Positions 28,080-32,000 of a DNA stretch of 32,000 nt are shown here, piece by piece; position 1 is the stretch's first letter, and the number at the start of each line of letters is the position of its first letter. The DNA is taken from the NCBI RefSeq assembly GCF_040207875.1, contig NZ_CP157942.1:467001-499000 (forward strand), in the 5' to 3' direction. The stretch comes from Wolbachia endosymbiont of Armadillidium arcangelii (GTDB taxonomy: Bacteria > Pseudomonadota > Alphaproteobacteria > Rickettsiales > Anaplasmataceae). Both the position numbers and the translations under genes were made by a program. A model generated the notes under the pieces. The model saw only the letters and a program-made list of their open reading frames with translations, was not told the origin of the DNA and did not search any database.

Positions 28080-29370
28080 TCTTTTTGAACTAAGATGTAG
28101 CCAAATTCCTGTGCTTTTTTGATCAAGTTTTTTTTAACTCTCTCTTTGTAACGTGTTTCATAATAGTTCATTCCTTTTTCAACATATTCTTACCCATACT
28201 TTAGCATACTATAAAAAATGCATGCTAGTTTTCTTGCGGTAGCCGTGATTGCTTTTGGTGCACCTAGTCGTCTCTTTATTCTTCTACAGTACGCACCTAT
28301 TCCGCTGTTGCTTCTTGATACACAGTGAGCAGCTATTCGAAATGCATTTGCAGCACGATTAATGACTTTACGCGTTCTTGTGCTAAACACTTTTTCTCCT
28401 GTAATTTTATTGGCAGGGCTAACCACGATGAAAAGTGTTTTTCTGTCCGCCATCTATTAGGGTTTATGCCAGTTTCTGAAATTATTGTTTGTATGGTTAC
28501 TACATCAAGTCCTGGAACTTTTCCCTACCTGTAATTCTATGCAGTTCTTCGTGTATAGCAAAATTTGGCCTATGTTTTGTAGACTTACGCTTTATTTTAT
28601 TACATAGCTTGTTCCCACCTGACTTTGTCTCAAATGTTTTATAATATCCTTCAATACTTCTATCACATTCTGCTATTTTTTCCTGATAAATATTGTATAG
28701 CTCAAACTCTTGTTTTAGTGTAAACAGGTGTTCCTCTCTATAGTTAATGCTTTTGCAATGGTAGATTTATCATTTTTTATTCGTCCATCTCTTAATTCAG
28801 CTAATTTTTCTGGATTTCTTTCACCCTCAAGTATTGCTTTAATAATTTGCATGCCAGTAACTCCTGTTATATCGCTTATCACCTTATGCAATTGAATGCT
28901 CATTTGAATTAACGCTTTTTGCATACGTTGAATGTGTGCTGCTGCACTTTTTATTAGGTTATCTCGTTGTCTAGCGTAGCTGCGTAATACACAAATTTGA
29001 TTATCTGGTCTAAATGCAGTCCATAGCTATGCAGTTGTTGTAACCACTGGCAATCATCAGATTTTCTTCCAGGCACATTCTTAACATATTTTGCGTTTAC
29101 TAATTTTACTTCAAATCCATATGATTCAAGTACTTGAAACAAGGGGATCCAATACACTCCTGTTGATTCCATGGCTATTGTAGTAACTTTGCACCTCTTT
29201 AACCACTTTGCTAAGTTATAAAGATCTTCTGTGAAGCAGCAGAATTTTTGTATATTCTGTTTATCTCTTCCTTCTGGTACACATACATAATGCACAGATA
29301 TCTATTCCTGCCGCATCAGACCTCTAATTTACTTTTTGTTTTTGCCATTTCTAACCTCCATCATATAATA
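28080..29370 (-). pseudogene. IS110-family transposase of a third subfamily, multiply broken
   Basis: MHYVCVPEGRDKQNIQKFCCFTEDLYNLAKWLKRCKVTTIAMESTGVYWIPLFQVLESYGFEVKLVNAKYVKNVPGRK, then MQKALIQMSIQLHKVISDITGVTGMQIIKAILEGERNPEKLA, then NKITGEKVFSTRTRKVINRAANAFRIAAHCVSRSNSGIGAYCRRIKRRLGAPKAITATARKLA, in different frames in the expected order. Confidence 0.88.
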
Positions 29371-29779
29371 ATTGAAAAGCACTTCAGCTTGGAACGGTTG
29401 AATTATACGCTCTTCTAATCGAGGTAGTCTCAAAGACTCCATCAGTGATTTTCCTTCCAAAACCATGCTAACCTACGGGCACTAAGGCACCATTGCCTAC
29501 TCGGCTATAACTGCAGAAGCGCTTCTCCGTAAAATTATATTCAAAAAAGTAGAAAATAGGAGTTTCTTTCTGGTTTGACAGGTTTTATATCTGTCCGATG
29601 CTAACCTTGTGGATACAGAATTAGAGCCATTTAGGTCTTTCTACGATACCGTCCAGCCTATACTTTTGAGGAGGGAACTCTTATCTTTCTTACAGATTTT
29701 ATATCTAAGAGGAGAAACAGAGTTCTTCCCTCCTCCACCTAATGCTTAAGCTTAAAACATTAGATGCTTTTTACAAGAT

Positions 29780-30278
29780 ACAAGAGGAGTAGAGGATATT
29801 CTGATAGCTTGTGTAGATGGTCTGAAAAGCTTTCCTACAGCCATAAATAGCTAAAGCGGAAGTGTATAGTGCATCAGATAAGAAATTCATTGAAATATGT
29901 ATCCAGCAAAGATGTGAAAGTTTTTATGAATGATTTGAAAAAAATATATCGTGCTTCAAGTAAGGAGATCGCTGAGAATTATTTGCTTGAGCTGGAAGAA
30001 AAATGGAGTGAAAAATATCCCTTGGTTACAAAATCGTGGCAAAACAATTGGGAAAATTTGTCTGGTTATTTTAAGTATTCTGGGCCTGTTAGGAAGCTGA
30101 TTTACACCACCAATCCTATTGAGGGGTTGCATAGACAAATCAACTAAAACTAAAGACCAGTACAAATGCCTTGTACAAACAGGTATATTGTGCTATAAAA
30201 AAGGTAGAGCAAAAATGGACTACAGCTTTGCCTTTTAACTATGTCTCAACTTGATATCTTTTTTCCTAATAGATTGAA
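29780..30278 (+). pseudogene. IS256-family transposase C-terminal remnant
   Basis: RGVEDILIACVDGLKSFPTAIN, MHQIRNSLKYVSSKDVKVFMNDLKKIYRASSKEIAENYLLELEEKWSEKYPLVTKSWQNNWENLSGYFKYSGPVRKLIYTTNPIEGLHRQIN and an out-of-frame MSQLDIFFPNRLKIELN terminus. Confidence 0.85.
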
Positions 30279-30290
30279 AATTGAGTTGAA

Positions 30291-30915
30291 TTAAAAATTC
30301 GGTTTTTGACGTGTTACAAAATAAAAATCATTTCCAAACTCTTGTAAAAACTTTGTCAATTCATCCAAGATTGTATTTTCTAGATCAGTCTCACTATAAC
30401 TTGATGGCAATTCCATGAAGCTAAGGAAGTATGGGTCATGAAAAATGAATTCTGGTGCTAACATATTTTCTTCACGTAAATTTTTTATACTCCTTCTTAT
30501 GAAATCTTCAGGTTTTTTTGCTAGCGCTGTACGTTCATACAACATAGTATCGATTTTACTACGTAGTGCCCTAACACTCTACCTTTCAATACGACACATT
30601 TCTATATAATAATTACGCTTCAGCTCATCAGAAATTGCAATAATTTCTACAAAATGTGACCAACTCAATTGTTGTGACAGTGTCGCGACAATTTCTTGAT
30701 CAGGAAAGAATTTAGAAAATTGCACCATCCGAAATGATGATTCGCTTGCCATAGTCTGCACGTTTGTGCTTTAAGATATCTTGATCAATTCTGGAACCAA
30801 TTTCCCAATTTAACAATACTAGAGTAGAATTGAAATGTGTAGCAAGATGATTCTCTGCTCTATCTATTAAATTACTGATGTTTCCTAATAGGCTAATAGC
30901 TATGTCCATATTCAT
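30291..30915 (-). pseudogene. YhcG/DUF1016-type PDDEXK nuclease-domain protein, decayed
   Basis: MNMDIAISLLGNISNLIDRAENHLATHFNSTLVLLNWEIGSRIDQDILKHKRADYGKRII, then in another frame RMVQFSKFFPDQEIVATLSQQLSWSHFVEIIAISDELKRNYYIEMCRIER, a stop (TAG where Trp is expected), then SVRALRSKIDTMLYERTALAKKPEDFIRRSIKNLREENMLAPEFIFHDPYFLSFMEL.... Confidence 0.85.
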
Positions 30916-30952
30916 AACTTTACTTTTAGTAAGTATAGCACATGGTTTATTT

Positions 30953-31207
30953 TTATCTTGAATAAACATTACTACTTCCACTTACTACCTTGAAACCACA
31001 AGATACAGAATCTCCTACTCTTCCTACACCAATACCATTTGCAAATACTGTTTTTGATCCTTCAGTTAATACTCTACCTTCTGTAAAATTATCTCCTTTC
31101 CTACAAACTGGCTTACCATTTACAAAAACATTGTTACTGCCGATAATGCAGAAATGCGGTGTTGTTTCTACACAATAATCCCCTAATCGCACAACCGGTT
31201 TATTCAT
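30953..31207 (-). CDS. Small PAAR-domain protein (likely prophage baseplate/spike-tip component); start revised to 31207
   Basis: MNKPVVRLGDYCVETTPHFCIIGSNNVFVNGKPVCRKGDNFTEGRVLTEGSKTVFANGIGVGRVGDSVSCGFKVVSGSSNVYSR, with repeated GD...GS..VF.NG....R.GD PAAR signatures. The upstream 35 codons in the track ORF coincide with intron RNA structure. Confidence 0.75.
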   Translation of the reverse strand: MNKPVVRLGDYCVETTPHFCIIGSNNVFVNGKPVCRKGDNFTEGRVLTEGSKTVFANGIGVGRVGDSVSCGFKVVSGSSNVYSR

Positions 31208-31209
31208 GT

Positions 31210-31290
31210 TATCTAAGTGAGAAGGTTGCCCTTCTTCACTCGACTTCAAAACCGGACTTGATAGTTTACCCATCATCCGGCTTCTCTCTA
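31210..31290 (-). ncRNA. 3' end of a group II intron: domain V and domain VI-like hairpins
   Basis: Minus-strand GAGAAGCCGGATGATGGGTAAACTATCAAGTCCGGTTTTG folds as AGCCGGA...TCCGGTT with an inner TGAT/ATCA stem, carrying the AGC triad. It is followed by AGTGAAGAAGG-GCAA-CCTTCTCACT. Located just after the IEP stop. Confidence 0.75.
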
Positions 31291-31302
31291 ATTTGGTGCT
31301 TT

Positions 31303-32000
31303 TCATGCACACCTCCTATGTACTTCATCATGACAATGTCCATGCAGCAAGGATAAATTTTTGCTCATATTATTGCGTCTATTAAGGTCTTTATGGTGTA
31401 TCTCTAGGACGTCATCACTTTTAAACCAAAGTTGACATTGAGCACATTTACCTTGTTGCAACTTCATTAATTTTGTTACCCTTGGTGGCTTATCTGGAAT
31501 CTTCCTTAAACGATTACCCCAATAGATCCAATCCCCATCATATGGCGATTTAGTTCCTTTCACTTTGACATGCCGTTTGATAGCATGATCGCTGTGTCTA
31601 ATAAGATGAATCTTGTTACTTGCCATAAATCTCCAGTTGTCATTTTTATACTTATTAAAGTATTTCCTCTTAATCCAGCATTTACCTTTGTTTGGATGTC
31701 TACGGACTGCCCATTTCCAAAGGTTTCTATGCACTATATCACTCATTAATTCAAAGGTTTTCCTAGAAACTACTAACATATAATATTGACTCCACCCTCT
31801 AACTATAGGATTAAGTTCTTTTATTACTGCTTCTTGCGTTGCTCCACGCAATCCTTTAAGCTTATGTTTAATAGTGAATTTATGCTGTTTTATAGATTCT
31901 TGACTTGGTTTCATTAATAACTTGTAACCTTTCTTACTACTTCTTGTTGGATAATGTCTTATAGAAAATCCAAGAAAATTGAATCCTGGTTCTTCTCCAT
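31303..32000 (-). CDS. Group II intron-encoded reverse transcriptase/maturase, C-terminal part (thumb/X plus HNH endonuclease); extends past the right edge
   Basis: Frame is open to the edge: GEEPGFNFLGFSIRHYPTRSSKKGYKLLMKPSQESIKQHK...LRGATQEAVIKELNPIVRGWSQYY...GKCAQCQLWFKSDDVLEIHHKDLNRRNNMSKNLSLLHGHCHDEVH. Confidence 0.93.
   Translation of the reverse strand, partial: GEEPGFNFLGFSIRHYPTRSSKKGYKLLMKPSQESIKQHKFTIKHKLKGLRGATQEAVIKELNPIVRGWSQYYMLVVSRKTFELMSDIVHRNLWKWAVRRHPNKGKCWIKRKYFNKYKNDNWRFMASNKIHLIRHSDHAIKRHVKVKGTKSPYDGDWIYWGNRLRKIPDKPPRVTKLMKLQQGKCAQCQLWFKSDDVLEIHHKDLNRRNNMSKNLSLLHGHCHDEVHRRCA

Noticed and set aside
31159-31356. 65-aa plus-strand ORF
   Set aside because: Antisense to the PAAR gene and group II intron 3' structure, with no independent support.
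1-32000. tRNA or rRNA genes and a complete anti-phage or toxin-antitoxin system
   Set aside because: Scanned by eye and found no cloverleaf with a convincing T-loop, no rRNA stretch, and no multi-gene defence cassette or cif-type pair. A tRNAscan-SE/Infernal/DefenseFinder run would be decisive.

Overview
The window looks like a Wolbachia-type (Rickettsiales) chromosome segment. This is inferred from protein families, very low GC, IS types and a palindromic element, not from a database search. The left and centre carry conserved genes: a 5' part of an ABC exporter on the minus strand that the ORF track misses, an inositol monophosphatase-family protein with eroded catalytic motifs, efp, rimM, an argD-like aminotransferase, a PleC-like histidine kinase, tsaD, a type I secretion-type ABC transporter, pdhC (E2) and pstS. 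Between them are less ordinary proteins: a 1210-aa SF2 helicase-like protein with predicted membrane segments, an HExxH protein behind a perfect hairpin, a 1034-aa ankyrin protein followed after 13 nt by a Ser-rich protein with an internal duplication, and a 419-aa protein ending in three 81-bp tandem repeats. About 25.4-30.3 kb is an IS graveyard with three kinds of IS110 plus IS256 remnants, and one IS110 ORF is intact. The right edge has the 3' half of a group II intron (RT/maturase C-terminus with HNH domain, then domain V/VI-like RNA) abutting a small PAAR gene, next to a decayed YhcG/DUF1016 nuclease gene. I found no clearly new defence system. The best leads are the membrane helicase-like protein, the intron-PAAR junction, IS110 flanks that may encode bridge RNA, the in-frame palindromic element in pdhC, and the repeat-bearing candidate effectors.
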